Source: Octopus vulgaris (lineage: Eukaryota). From it: a stretch of DNA of 64,000 nt. The stretch lies in the NCBI GenBank assembly GCA_951406725.2, contig OX597814.1, positions 217,744,001 to 217,808,000 on the forward strand, in the 5' to 3' direction. Position numbers and translations under genes: made by a program. The notes under the pieces are model-generated. The model did no database searches. It was not told where the DNA came from and saw only the letters and a list, made by a program, of their open reading frames with translations. Of the stretch, positions 37,927 through 51,584 are shown in pieces (the stretch's first letter is position 1; each line of letters starts with the position of its first letter).

Positions 37927-39233
37927 CTGTTAAAGGCTGAGTGGCAACATTAGCTCCCTTGTTTGAGGTATAAGGATGCAGTTGTGTGTTGGTAGCCAGT
38001 TGGAAAAGATGTTTTCCTGGGGCTAAACAAGGTAGTAACATCGTCCTAATCAAGACTGCCACTTAATGTTGGCAAAGAGATTTTACTCTGTAGTACTGTT
38101 ACTACTTGCTTCTCGCTCAGAGATTTAAAACTAATTGTTTTCCTCAATACAAAGATTGATTTTACTTTTCATTCTTTTAGAGATCAATAAAATATGTTCC
38201 AATCATGACTGAATGAATCAACAATTTTCTAGTATCACCTTTGAAATCTGTGATCTTCTGACCTCATAATAAATCTTTACTAGTACACTATATGTTATTG
38301 TGGCTGTTACACCTGCTATTCAGTAGATAGTAGAATTAATGAAATTCTACTAAGAACACTAAGAACAATTATAGCACATTTGTCACAAGATGTCTGTTCT
38401 TATACTTTTGTATGATATTCAGTAGGTCTTGTGATTAACTATACTAAATATACAGTAGATTGATTGGTACTGCTCAGGTGTCAAAAACATAATGATATCT
38501 GTTAGATAGTTGAAGATGGATGTATATGTATGATGTGCTTGCTGGCTGCATCTTGTGTTGATTTGGTTCTAAGTTGTCCTTTATTAAAATTCTAGTTCTT
38601 ATAAGGTTAAACTTGTTTAAGGGTTCATGGTTTCTTTGTTTATGGTGGTTTGTTGTATATATTATACTATATAATACCCTTCATCAAGATTCTAATTCTG
38701 GTAAGGGTAATATTTGTTCAGGGGTTTCCAGTTTATGGGGTCTTGTTGCATATACAACTCTTCTATCTTACGAGCAATATTATTGAGTTCTCAACTGGTT
38801 TCCTTCAGTGAACATAAACTAGTTGATTTAAGCTCTATATAGCTTACATAAAGACTTAAATTCTGGGAGTCAATGTTCACCCAACAGAATGTATATACAG
38901 GCATGTGCATGCATATGTGTGTGTGTGTGGTTAGTGACATGTTCACATTTTGGCATGGAAGAAGATAGTAATCTTTTATTTCCATAGATCTGAAGTTGGT
39001 AGCAGCAGACCTATTGAGGGCAACTGGTGTGGATGACAAAATATTGCACATTTTTAATACCATCATGCTGAGTTAGAAGTCCTATTGTAGGGTAAACATC
39101 TGGCATGATTTATAGTCTGGGCCACACATGTAGTTAGACAGAAAAGCTCAGTTGTCATGACTTTACCTGGCCACTGAGAACATTGTGTAAGAACGAGAGA
39201 GAGAGAGAGAGAGAGGAGGGAGAGAGAGAGAAA

Positions 39234-39276
<43 letters not shown>

Positions 39277-39292
39277 AGGGAGAGAGAGAGAG

Positions 39293-39333
<41 letters not shown>

Positions 39334-39480
39334 ATGTATATCTAGCTCTTTCTCGCTATATAAAAAAAATAACACCTTGTGCAAGTCTAGCACCTGCATC
39401 TGCACCTGCTATTTCATGGATGAGTTATTTGACACACATATACATATTTCAACAGATAAATATTTTCACCAGTATCTGTC

Positions 39481-40993
39481 TATGAGGATGGGCTGAACAG
39501 TTCATAGGCTGATTGTGAAGGAGCGGTGCAAGAGCAGCTGTGAAATCTTGCATGCATTGGCCCCCGTGCCGGTGGCACATAAAAAGCACCATCTGTTCGT
39601 GGCCGTTTGCCAGCTCTGTCTGGCACCTGTGCGGGTGGCACGTAAAAAACACCCACTACACTCACGGAGTGGTTGGCGTTAGGAAGGGCATCCAGCCGTA
39701 GAAACACTGCCAGATCAGACTGGAGCCTGGTGCAGCCTTCTGGCTTCCCAGACCCCAGTTGAACCGTCCAACCCATGCTAGCATGGAAAGCGGACGCTAA
39801 ACGATGATGATGATGATGATGATGATGATTAATTTCAACACTTCTTGTTAATAAATGCATTGTTTCTTTCCAGGTGAACTGATACCTGACTGCTCAAAGA
39901 AAACTTTGAAAGTAACAAGTAGAGACTTCTTTTGAAAATGGACAAAATTTGGCAATGTGTTATAATCAGGTACCTTCAGGAAAAGGGTTTAGCCCCCAAG
40001 GAAAATTCATGGTGACATGGTTGCTACATTAAAGGATGATGCTCCAACTTTATCAACAGTGCAAGTGCGAGCAGGAGGGGAAGGGAGAGTATCTTGCAAA
40101 TGCCACCACCAAGGAAAGCATTGATCACATACACCACAGAGTGATGGATTACAAGCGACTGTCTATAAATCAAATAGCATATCCCATGAGATATGTGTGT
40201 GTGTATAGCACATCCCATGAGAGAGCTGAGAATATTTTGCACAATGAATTTGGCATGATGAAGGTTTCTGCTCAGTGGATTCCATGTCTTCTGACACCTG
40301 ATCATATCACAGGAAAATCTGACATTATTTCAGGCAGACCCAGCTGGTTTCCTTAAATGTTTCCTAACCCAGGATGGGTGTTGGGGTCATCACTTTGAAC
40401 CAGAGACAAAGAGACAATCCATACAGTGGTGCCTACTCCTCCTCACCTGCTTCAAAGAAGGCCAGTGTCATTTCATCTGCAGTGAAGGTGTTAGCCTCAG
40501 TTTTTTGGGATGCAAAAGGTATTGTGTTTATTGACTTACCTTCAAAAGGGCCATACTATCAAAGGAAACTGAGGCAGCTATCAAGATGAAACACCCAGGA
40601 AAACTGACGAAAGAGGTCTTATTTCATCATGCAGTACACAAGTCCATGTTTTCAATGGCTGCTGAGCATGACTGGTTTTGAACTGGTTGATCATCCTCTC
40701 TGTTCTCTTAATTTGGCCCCATCCTACTACCATCTGTTCCCCTACATGAAAAAACAGTTGGGTGGGAACCAGAATCACAGTGATGGTGACATCATATCTG
40801 CTGTCAATGAATTTTTTTTGAGCAACAGGATGAAAGCCTCTTAACTAATGGGATCCAAGCACTGCAACACTGATGGAAGTAGTGTGTGGACTGCAAGGGG
40901 GGGGGGGAAACTATGTTGAAAAAATAACCTCATTTGGACATATTCCATGAGAACATTTTGTTCAGCCTATGAACTTTTCAGTTGACCTTCACA
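39481..40993 (+). mobile_element. Degenerate mariner element interrupted by a (GAT)n-tailed retroposon (39560..39828)
   Basis: SAQWIP, VLASVFWDAKG, HPLCSLNLAPSYYHLF motifs; TIRs CTGAACAGTTCATAGGCTG / CAGCCTATGAACTTTTCAG. Confidence 0.8.
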
Positions 40994-42309
40994 TTTGTAA
41001 CCAATTACTGATTAAGATCCCAATATGTAGTTTAGGAACCCTATCTCAGACTGAAGAGGTTTTGACATCTAAGGTACCTTAGCTCTGGAGCACTTTAATG
41101 ACCCAAGGATGAGCAGGTTAAATGCAGACAGTATCACAATATGTGAAAGTAGCAAGTTATCTAGGTGTCATGACCTGGTTCTCTTACAACATAGAGTTAA
41201 GGACCAAAAAAACTTGCATAAGGAAGGGACTTCTCTAAAGATCAGCTCTCCTTAGAGTTGTTCCCTATCTAATAGGGAAATAAATTCCTTAAAAAATGTA
41301 GGCTGTTAACAATTGCAATTTTTATAAAGTGTTCTAAAACAACACACCCAGTTACATCATGAATTTAGGACAAGTTAAGATATTTAGCAGTATAAAAAAT
41401 ATTTTTCAGCAAAACACATTGTCCTTCACTCATCCTCTTTGTTTACTTACCATTCCTCATCCTTCTGCCTGAGATCAATACCTACTCTCCATTCTGTTTC
41501 TCTTTCAGTTATAGGGGCCACTGTAAAGCCTTAGCCTTGCAAATTATGAGGCAATCATCACTAGTGCTGATGCCATGCAAAAGGCATATTCTGTAAATTT
41601 GTTGGTGTTAGAAAGGACATATACAAACCAGACTAAAGGAAATATTGATGCATGATACAGTCCAGCAATTTGTCAGACATGACCAAACTATCCAGACCAT
41701 GTCAGCATGCAGGAAAAACGAAAAATGATGATGATATATCTGAATCAAAGATGAAGTGGTTATCACAGGAATATCTTAGATCATAGGTCTAGTCATTTAG
41801 AACTGATTGGGGCCTAAATGGCATCAACAATAACATGTATTTAAAGGTTAACATCATAGGTGTAGATGTGTCTCCATAGGTGACTTGTCAAAAGGTACCA
41901 AATTTTTTATTTGCTGTCTCACTTATTTCTACAATAAGGCATTTTGGTAGTTGTAGAGTATGGCATATCTCCACAAGGAACTGAAATACAATGTAGAACT
42001 CTTCTCACATAAATAAGCAATAAAAATAATGTACACAAGTAAGTAAATGAACCAAATAAAATGTGATACACCTATAATAAAAAAACTGGTTAAATAAAAC
42101 CATAAAATTTACATGTAGTTAGGATAGAACAAAAAAGACAATTGGACATTTGAACTGACGTTCACTTTTTCTCAAGATGAATAATCTAGCATATCCATTT
42201 ATATATATATATATATATATACAGACACACACACATCTATACATACATTTAACTATTTCCACCAACATGTATGTATACACATGGATATATATATATATAT
42301 ATATATAAA

Positions 42310-42880
42310 TATCCAGGTGATACATGAAAGAGTCATACTCGATGATTGGTGTAGCAGCACCATAGTCAACTACCACAAAGGTAAAGGTGACACTTTAGAT
42401 ACAAATAATTACAGAGATATCAAGTTGTTGGATCAGGTAATGAAGGTCACGGAGAGGGTCATAGCCCAACTAATTAGGGAGAGAGTCAGTTGAGATGAGA
42501 TGCAGTTTTGGTTCGTGCTAAGGTAAAGCGCCACTGATGCTATATTTCTGGTAACACAGCTGCTCTAATTGGTGAATCACTATCAGAACTAGAGATAAAG
42601 TTGCAGGTGTGAAAGCAAGGATTAGAATGGAAGGGCCTTAGAGTCAACTTAGCTAAAAACCATAGTTTTCATAAGTAGGATGGTAGACAAATTTCAAACG
42701 CCATCAGGTAGATGGCCCTGCTCGATCTGTGGAAAAAGCGTAGGTAGAAACTCCATAAGATGTACCTGGTGTAAGTTATGTACACATAAGAGGTGCAGCA
42801 ATATTAAAGGAAGGCAAACTGGGAAGATAGTTTTTGTATGTGGCAAATGCTCAAGTGCTATAAACACTGAAAATGTGCAA
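42310..42880 (+). mobile_element. Degenerate RTE-type LINE fragment with Cys/His finger
   Basis: YHKGKGD..NYRDIKLL and MQF-GF-like RT motifs, then WPCSICGKSVGRNSIRCTWCKLCTHKRC...FVCGKC. Confidence 0.7.
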
Positions 42881-43700
42881 AAATTCCATCAAATGAATCC
42901 GCTCACAAGGCTTTGATTGGCCCAAAGCTTTAGTAGGAGGTGCCATGCAGAGGGGATGAACTTGGAACCATGTCGTTGGGAAGCAAATTTCTAGCTATGT
43001 TTGATGAAAAGTCAAACAAGTTTATCAAATGTATGAGAGATAATTTTTGTAATTGATTATTCATAAAAATTCACCACGGAAAGTAGATCTCTGAGTGTTA
43101 TCAATTACTAATGAGTAGAATAATGATATAATATAATTTGTGTTTTTATGATGGTAGAAAATATCAATAGAGTTAAATGTCAAATGAAATAGGTTAAAAT
43201 ATTGAGTTGTGTCAGTAGCCATAGCTGTAGAATATTATTCAAATGGATGCCTTATAAAACTATTCTGCACATACAATAACAGCCATACCAACATCCGACA
43301 CACTTCCATCATCAGCTGCCCCATGGATATCACTGTGGTTTCGACACCTGAGAAGTACCACTCAATCTGGCAATGTCAACAGCACTAAAATAAGTGTTAG
43401 TTGGGAACAAACATACCTTATATATCACCACATTCATTCAATCTTAATTCTAGGAAGGTTAGGTAAGTTCTTGACAAAACAGAAACAGCAATTAAGCTTA
43501 TTGAAGGGATTTCACTTCTTTGAAGCAAACAGTTCTTCAGTAGAGCATGAATATCACATTTCTCCCCTTTCCTCTAAAATACAGAGCCTTTACATTAACA
43601 CCAAGTCAAATAAAAAATTAGTTTGTTTCTTTAAGGTTACAAGTTCAAATCCTGTCAAGGATGACTGTATCTTTTATTCTTTCAAGGTTAACAAAATAAG

Positions 43701-43971
43701 GGCATTTTTTTCAATATAACTCAACAAAATCAAAACATTTCACTTTGGGTCTTTCCGTGGAAGCAAATGACAGATTCTGTTTTCTGCTTGGAAATTTGCA
43801 GATTTTACATACACACATGAAACGGGTAAGAACAAATATGCAAGACTTTTTTTTCTTCAAGTTTAAAATGAGACATTGCTGGCATAATTTCGTTATATCT
43901 AAACTCCACAACCCACGGAAGTACCCAAAGTGAAATGTTTTGATTTTGTCGAGTTATATCAAAGGAATGCC
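43701..43971. mobile_element. MITE with about 58-bp TIRs and 8-bp TSD
   Basis: GGCATT...AATGCC termini with AAAATAAG duplicated on both sides. Confidence 0.8.
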
Positions 43972-44488
43972 AAAATAAGTGCTAGTAACATATAATAACC
44001 AATTCAATTGATTATACTCTTCCTTCTAAAAAAATGCTGGTCTCTGTTCTTATTATTCATTATGTTTAATTTACACAGGAAGTAACTTTACTTACAACAG
44101 ACTTATGCAAGTGATTTATGTATGTGTGTTTTCTATGAGCCTGAAGAATGTGTTTGAGTGTACAAATGCACATGGCTGGTCTGACTAAAAAAATAGGAGT
44201 GGGTGGTGAAACAACGTTTTGCTTATAAGATCAAAACTGCTGATCTATGAAGTGAGAATGGTAGGGAGAGGTTCAGGAAACAACTTAGAATAATGCACTG
44301 GAAGATAGAAATTCTGTCTTTCTGTCAAATACATAGATTTCATTGTATCGTGAGAAACTTATCTGCTAAATATTTAAAGAGTAGGGAAATCTGTATTGCT
44401 GCTAGATAGTAAAAGTGCTCTGAATAAGGAGGGAAAGGAAGATATCTACAAGGCTGCCTTATATTGCTTGGACAATATACACACTCAC

Positions 44489-44513
44489 CTCCTGGTAATA
44501 CCAACAGAAACTG
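44489..44513 (-). CDS. Candidate 25-nt microexon (T-VSVGITR) of the minus-strand gene
   Basis: Long poly-T tract plus TAGCAG (NAGNAG) acceptor and a consensus AG|GTGAGT donor; phase 1 to 2. Confidence 0.5.
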
Positions 44514-45216
44514 CTAAAAAAAAAAAAAAAGGAGGGGGGTTGGTTGTTGACATTTTGTAAACGAAAAATAATAAAATTCACACAAGATATAAATTTATGT
44601 ATACATATTTATAAGAATGTGTATATGTAAGTTATAAATGACTAGGATACTGTTAATAATGATCATGATGAGTAAAACAGAGTCTGGATATTGAAATATT
44701 GTTGAAACAGAAGTCTCCATTTTGTTCAGTTCCTGGGAGAAATATTCTTTTATTTGAATAAAAGTTTTGCTTTCGACGGAAGTGACAACTACTGACTTTC
44801 ATGGTTTGAATGATAAATTCCAGTCTATTTCTTTGAATACTGATAAATAGAATGGAGTTTAATTCATTAGCATTCAGATTACCCTGTCAAATGTAATGTT
44901 TATTTATTCACCTTGTTTTCAATTAACTTTCTTGTACTTTTAAGATTTCAATGAAGTAATTGTTTCTTTTTAGAATGACATTGTAGAGTAAGTGTGAGAG
45001 GCCACATCTGGCTTGTTTGAACATAAAACAGATAGAACACTTGGGCCAGATATAGTTGGTTTAAATGATTAAAGGGTTAAATTCCTAAGTTTTTGTTAAT
45101 GAAATGTGGCTACAAACAATGTTTGCCTTGATAAACTTTTAGGTTTTAGATGAGGGTGTCTTAATCAACAATTCTTCACAGAAGTTATATTTCTAGTACT
45201 ATTATTACGATACTCC

Positions 45217-45598
45217 GGAGGTGCAATGGCCCAGTGGTTAGGGCAGCGGACTCGCGGTCATAGGATCGCGGTTTCGATTCCCAGATCGGGCGTTGTGAAT
45301 GTTTATTGAGCGAAAACACCTAAAAAGCTCCACGAGGCTCCGGCAGGGGGTGGTGATCCCTGCTGTACTCTTTCACCACAACTTTCTCTCACTCTTACTT
45401 CCTGTTTCTGTTGTACCTGTATTTCAAAGGGCCAGCCTTGTCACTCTCTGTGTCACGCTGAATATCCCCGAGAACTACGTTAAGGGTACACGTGTCTGTG
45501 GAGTGCTCAGCCACTTACACGTTAATTTCACGAGCAGGCTGTTCCGTTGATTCGGATCAACCGGAACCCTCATCGTCGTAACCGACGGAGTGCTTCCA
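45217..45598 (+). mobile_element. Young tRNA-derived SINE (family A)
   Basis: Near-identical copy; TSD ATTACGATACTCC. Confidence 0.9.
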
Positions 45599-47759
45599 AT
45601 TACGATACTCCAATATTCTTCTGCTGGCCAAGTAAGTGTCAGCTTAAGATCAACAGCAAATGTTCCATCATTGGTGCTGTGAGCTATTGTAGACGTGAAC
45701 GCCTAAGTCTCAGTACTCTCCCAACAAAGTTGAAAAAACAAGATGCTAGGGAAACAGATGCTATTACAGTTAACTGATGGAAACATTGTTTGGTTTCTGT
45801 AGGTTTTGGCAATGAGTCTGCAGTTATCCCATCAACTGAACTCTTCACTGAATTAGCATGCAAGTGACTGAACATTTTACAGACATGTCTTCATCATCAT
45901 CATCATCATTTTTACATCCACTTTGCATGGGTCAGATGGGGTTTGTTAAGGCAGAGTTTCTATGGCCAGATACTCGTCCTGTCGCTAATCCTCACCTATT
46001 TCCAAGCAAGGTAATATTTTCTCATAGCCAGACATGTTTTTCATGCAAGAATGGAAATGAACACTCTTGCTCATTGACAACCATTACCTGATGTCTAGAC
46101 AGGAGTATACAACCATATACGCACACACATGATGAGCTTCCTTCAGTTTCCATCTACCAAATCAACTAACAAAGCTTTAGTTGTCCTAAGGCTATAGTAG
46201 AAGACACGTCCAAGGTGCCACACAGTGAGACTAAACCCAAGATCACGTGGTTGAGAAGCAAGCTTCTTAATCACAGAGTCAAGCTTGCACACTTAATATA
46301 ATTTCCAGGTAGAATCAGTGCAACACAGTTCAACAAGGCTTCCACAATATTTCCATTTAACTAATTTTACTCACAAGACATGGGGGTGACTCAAAACTAT
46401 GGTTAAAGGACACCTGCCAAAGAAGCCTTATTGTGGGATCAAACCTAGGACCTCATGATTGCAAGGTAAACTTCTTAACCAACCGGCTATGCCACATAAA
46501 TCTCATTAGCTTGCAATGTTGAGTTAAGTACAACCATGGACTACCAATTTGATGTTAACTGCATCAAAATTATGAAAAACCCTATACATTCTCAAAAATC
46601 CCTACAAGATACACGAAAAACAGCTGCAGAAGTTTTCTAAAAAAAGCAACAAGAAAAAAAAACAATGACACTGTTATTGCAATATAATTTTTGCAGAGGT
46701 TGGTTGCAAATGACAGGTTTGATCAATAAACGAGGCATGGAATTGTTCCTAATAACATCAGATGTTCGGGTCGAGACAGTTAGTCCATCTAGAAAGACTC
46801 TACAGGTCCTAATTCTCAGTTAAATTGTTAGTGGCATGGAAGACCCTGGCTAAAAAAAAAAAAAAAAAAATCCCAAAAGGCAGTTAATAATGCAAATTCT
46901 TTTTTTCTCTAGTTTCAGCTCAGAGCTGTGGCCATGCTGGTGCACCACCATTTAAATATTCACATTTATAAAACATTGTAAGAATAAATGTAAAACGTAA
47001 AAAAAAAACTCAGTTCACTCTGCTACTAAATAAAGCTTGGGAGAAAAAAAAACTTTTATTTTAGCTGTCTAATACTGTAAGTGTTCTGCACTAACTAGTA
47101 TAGATAAAAATGAAGTTAATTATTGATTATTTATTATAATCTCGCTCTCTCTCTCTCACACAGACACATACAAGAAAAAAAAATATTTAAAAATGCAAAT
47201 AGAGTAATAGAAACTACAAATATTCTACTAAGGATAGATATGTCAAAAGTTCATTGCTCAGATAGATTCTGAAAATTTCAGAGACAGTTCTCAGAAAATA
47301 GTATGTTACTGAGATAAACAGTCTCTAAACACTGATAACCATTTATTTCTAGGGCAAAATATAGAAAAAAAAAATAATAAAAGAAAAAATGAAAAGAAAA
47401 AATAATAATAAAAAGAAAAGATAAAAGAAAGTAAGAAAGAAGCAGGGAGTTGCATGAATATATACAGAGAATGGCTTGGTAAACAACAGATGCTTTGTGA
47501 GCAAAACAAATATTATACAACTGACTGCTGCTATACATAGGAAGAGAATAGGATTTCTAGTGGAAGTGGAGAGGAGGGGAGGGACTAATGTCTGTAGAAC
47601 TTTGAAAGTGCAGTGAAAAGAATAAGTTATCGAAACTCTGAGAAATTTAAAGATGAATCTAAAATATATTTTTAGTTAGTAAGGAGAAGTTTGCCTTTCT
47701 GAGGTTAAACGATGATAATATGGCAAATTAATAAAATGGCATTTGATGTGTATGCAGGC

Positions 47760-47795
<36 letters not shown>

Positions 47796-48193
47796 CTATC
47801 TATGTATGTATACATGTTACATCTTTTATCTTTTACTTGTTTCAGTCATTAGACTGTGGCCATGCTGGGGCACTGCCTTGAAGAATTCTTAGTTGAATGA
47901 ATTGACCTCAGTACTTAATTTTTTCAAGCCTGGTACTTATTCTACCAGTCTCTTTTGCCAAACCACTAAGTTGTGGGGATGTAAACACACCAAGCAGTGA
48001 TGGGGGACAAACACAGACACAAAACACACACACAATGGGCTTCTTTCAGTTTCCATCTACCAAATCCACTCACAAGTCTTTAGTCGCTCCAAGGCTATAG
48101 AAGACACTTGTCCAAAGTGTGCCACACAGTGGGACTGAACCTGGAACCATGTGGTGGGAAGTAAGCTTCTTACCACACATCCATGCCTGCACA

Positions 48194-48569
<376 letters not shown>

Positions 48570-49522
48570 TGCATGCTGTTTTATATTCATTTCCCATGGT
48601 GCAATGGGTTTTTGCAAATTTTAGTTTGCATGTGTTGAATCAATTATTTTTCCAGCATTTGGATGAGCTTCCTACAAATAAGTACTCAACCATAAAAGTA
48701 AAATTGCCAGAGGCAGCAGATAGACCAATGAAAGCATAAATATCTACCATTGAAATCCAGATTAACAACATCAGATTTACAAACCATCTGGTAATTCAAA
48801 TCAGCTAACTGATCAGAGCTTCAACAATTCTATGACAACTATCATTGGCAAAAAAAAAAAAAAATTTCTTCATTCCTAAGTTATCTTTTAGATAACTTAG
48901 GAACAGAGAGAGAGGAGTAAAGAATGGAAACTAGACCAATTCTACACTTTCCACATGACCAAAACCTGGAACTAAACAACCCTTAAGAGATTTACAAACA
49001 ACAATGCTATGGCTGCATAGTCAAAAGATAGAGCCTGCCTACAATACTTGTATGAAATCACCCACTCTCACTCACTGATAGACATTTGACTCCAAACAAA
49101 ACTTTTGAACAAGCAAAGAATATTTCAATCAACTTTGTAGAATCCTCCTACACACAATTCTTCATTCTAGAAGATTCTAATTAGAAAAAAAGGAAAAAAA
49201 TTGTTGCCAGCTTTGTCTCCAGTTCCACAGAAATCCTTTCCTTGACTAACTTTCTTAAAACTACATTCCTCATCATCTTGTGCTCACAAGAACAAAAAAT
49301 TCTATGGTACAATTCTATAATATGAGCTACACAAGATAACTGGTCCAGTCAGTTTTTCAAACATTACATGTAAATAATATTCTTAAGAACTAACCCTCTC
49401 CTACTGCATATATAAAAATAAAATCACAATAAGGGTGAGAAAATTGAATATTAATTAATAACATCAATTTAAAACACCAAGAAGCCTAACGAAAAAAACT
49501 GAGATACAGTAAAAATTATTAA

Positions 49523-49631
49523 TACAAGCAATAAGAGAGGGACCACATGTGGTCACTCTAACGCTAGAAATAGATCCGCAAAGGGAATCCACCACTAAAG
49601 AATTGTTCTCAAGCATTGTTCTCTTATTGCT

Positions 49632-49635
<4 letters not shown>
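49523..49635. mobile_element. Very small TA-flanked MITE-like element
   Basis: 16-bp inverted repeat TACAAGCAATAAGAGA / TCTCTTATTGCTTGTA. Confidence 0.5.
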
Positions 49636-49676
<41 letters not shown>

Positions 49677-51490
49677 TCATCATCATCGTTTAACATCCAC
49701 TTTCCATGCTAGCATGGGTTGGATGATTTGACTGAGGACTGGCGAACCAGATGGCTGCACCAGGCTCCAATCTGATCTGGCAGAGTTTCTACAGCTGGAT
49801 GCCCTTCCTAACGTCAACCACTCTGAGAGTTTAGTGGGTGCTTTTTACGTGCCACTGACACGAGGGCCAGTCTGGCGGTACTAGCAATGGCCACACTCGA
49901 AAATGGTGTTTTTTACATGTCACCTGCACAGGATTCAGTCCAGCAGCACTGGCAATGACCTCGCTTGAATGCTTTTTTCACATGCTGCCAGCACAAGTGC
50001 CAGTGAGGCAGTGCTGACAACGGTCACACTCAAATGATATATATATATATAAAAATCCTACTAGAATTGTATAAAAAAAGATTAAAATATTTTGTGTATA
50101 GCAGAAGTATAAGCAATTTCTTGCACATAAAGTTTAACAAGAAAATCTTATATGGACCCCAAGTTCTAGAAATGGATGATAGTGCATTCCATTTAAAGGA
50201 AGAGTAAATTCTTAGAGCCTATGAACCACCAGCCAATCACTGATTTCCATCACCTATCGTTACTTTCATTACCGGTGCAGTATTAACGAGAGAAATTCAT
50301 TAATGACTTGCTTTATTTTAGTAGCAACTTAACTTGACATTATTGTTTGTGGCACAATAATGCTTGTGCATAACCTACTTGTGGGCTCTTTTGGCTCTAA
50401 CCTCTTTGATCAGAAACTTCCTGACAGACCATTCCATCACAATACTATCAACAAGAGTACCCTTTCCCACTTGTATTTCTATTAATTTGGGTGTCTCTCA
50501 TGGCTCACATCATTTTGTATCTATATCCCGGGTGTCCCCTTTGAAATTTTCAATGGCGGTGCCCCAGCATGGCCACAGCTCATGAGCTGAAACTAGAATC
50601 AATCAATCAATTACTGACTGGTTTCCTGTTTATTTCTACAGTCCTCAGTGGTATAGCTCTCCACTTCCATGTAAATTCTGGGTTATGTCTCATCCACTTG
50701 CAATCTTCATAACTTCCCTTAAATATGCATAAACTCCATGCAGGAGATGTGTTTACTTGACAAAAACATCCCTTTGCAAAATAACTGATAATATGAGAAT
50801 TCCAGACTTTTAAGGCACAATGAACCTGTATGGGGTAAAATTAAAATGAAAAATTCAAAAAAATTATTAATGATGTTGAGTAGATAAAATACTTCTTTCT
50901 TGGAATGGTGAAACTTGAAGTAGACAAAGCTATAATTAACAGCATGTAAAAATTGGGTTAAGAGACCCAGCCTTTGACTTTTTCTTTTCAAAAATTTTCT
51001 CAAACCAATGTTTATTCACTATTGTTTGTAAGTTTTATCTGCTTCAAGCTTCACCATTTCAAGAAAATGTCAAGTTGGAGAAAATACATAGGGTTGAAAA
51101 GTTCATCTCCTCTGTTACCATTTCTGGTAGAATTTAATCAAACTACAACACAGACTGTTCCCCATTAATTAGTTTTCAAAAGAGGAGCAATGACTGCAGC
51201 CTTTGTAATCTCATTGACAGAGAAATAGGTTATAATTAATTAAGCAACATAAATGTATTGTGTGTGTGTGTGTGTGTGGATAATTGATCTGAAACATTAA
51301 GAGGTAAAATGGTGAGTGAGTCAGGGAGAGAATACATGTGTGTGTGTGTGTGGGGGGGGATTGGCAATTACAAAGGGAAAAGGCACAGAAATTCAGAAGC
51401 AATGAAACAAAGATGACTTTATCAATACTCAAGAGGTTAACTGGTCTTTATTTCATATAATTATCTCTTCCTGTCATTTTTCCGTAAAGC

Positions 51491-51584
51491 ACAAGTATGG
51501 AAGCACATACTATACATTAACCCTAAAGTTTTCAGCTACAAGTATGGATGCACATACTAGACATTAACCCTAAAGTTTTCAGCT
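51491..51584. repeat. 47-bp tandem duplication
   Basis: ACAAGTATGGA.GCACATACTA.ACATTAACCCTAAAGTTTTCAGCT present twice. Confidence 0.9.

Noticed and set aside
38440-39180. Possible old retroelement coding relic
   Set aside because: Only vague motif resemblance with many stops; it cannot be supported without a profile search.
41044-41090. CTCAGA-CTGAAGAGG...AAGGTACCTT...TCTGGAG possible hammerhead
   Set aside because: No GAAA core strand and no convincing helix II; at best a heavily decayed relic.
43290-43372. Minus-strand GAAAC and CTGATGA motifs close together
   Set aside because: I could not build consistent helices in any hammerhead permutation.
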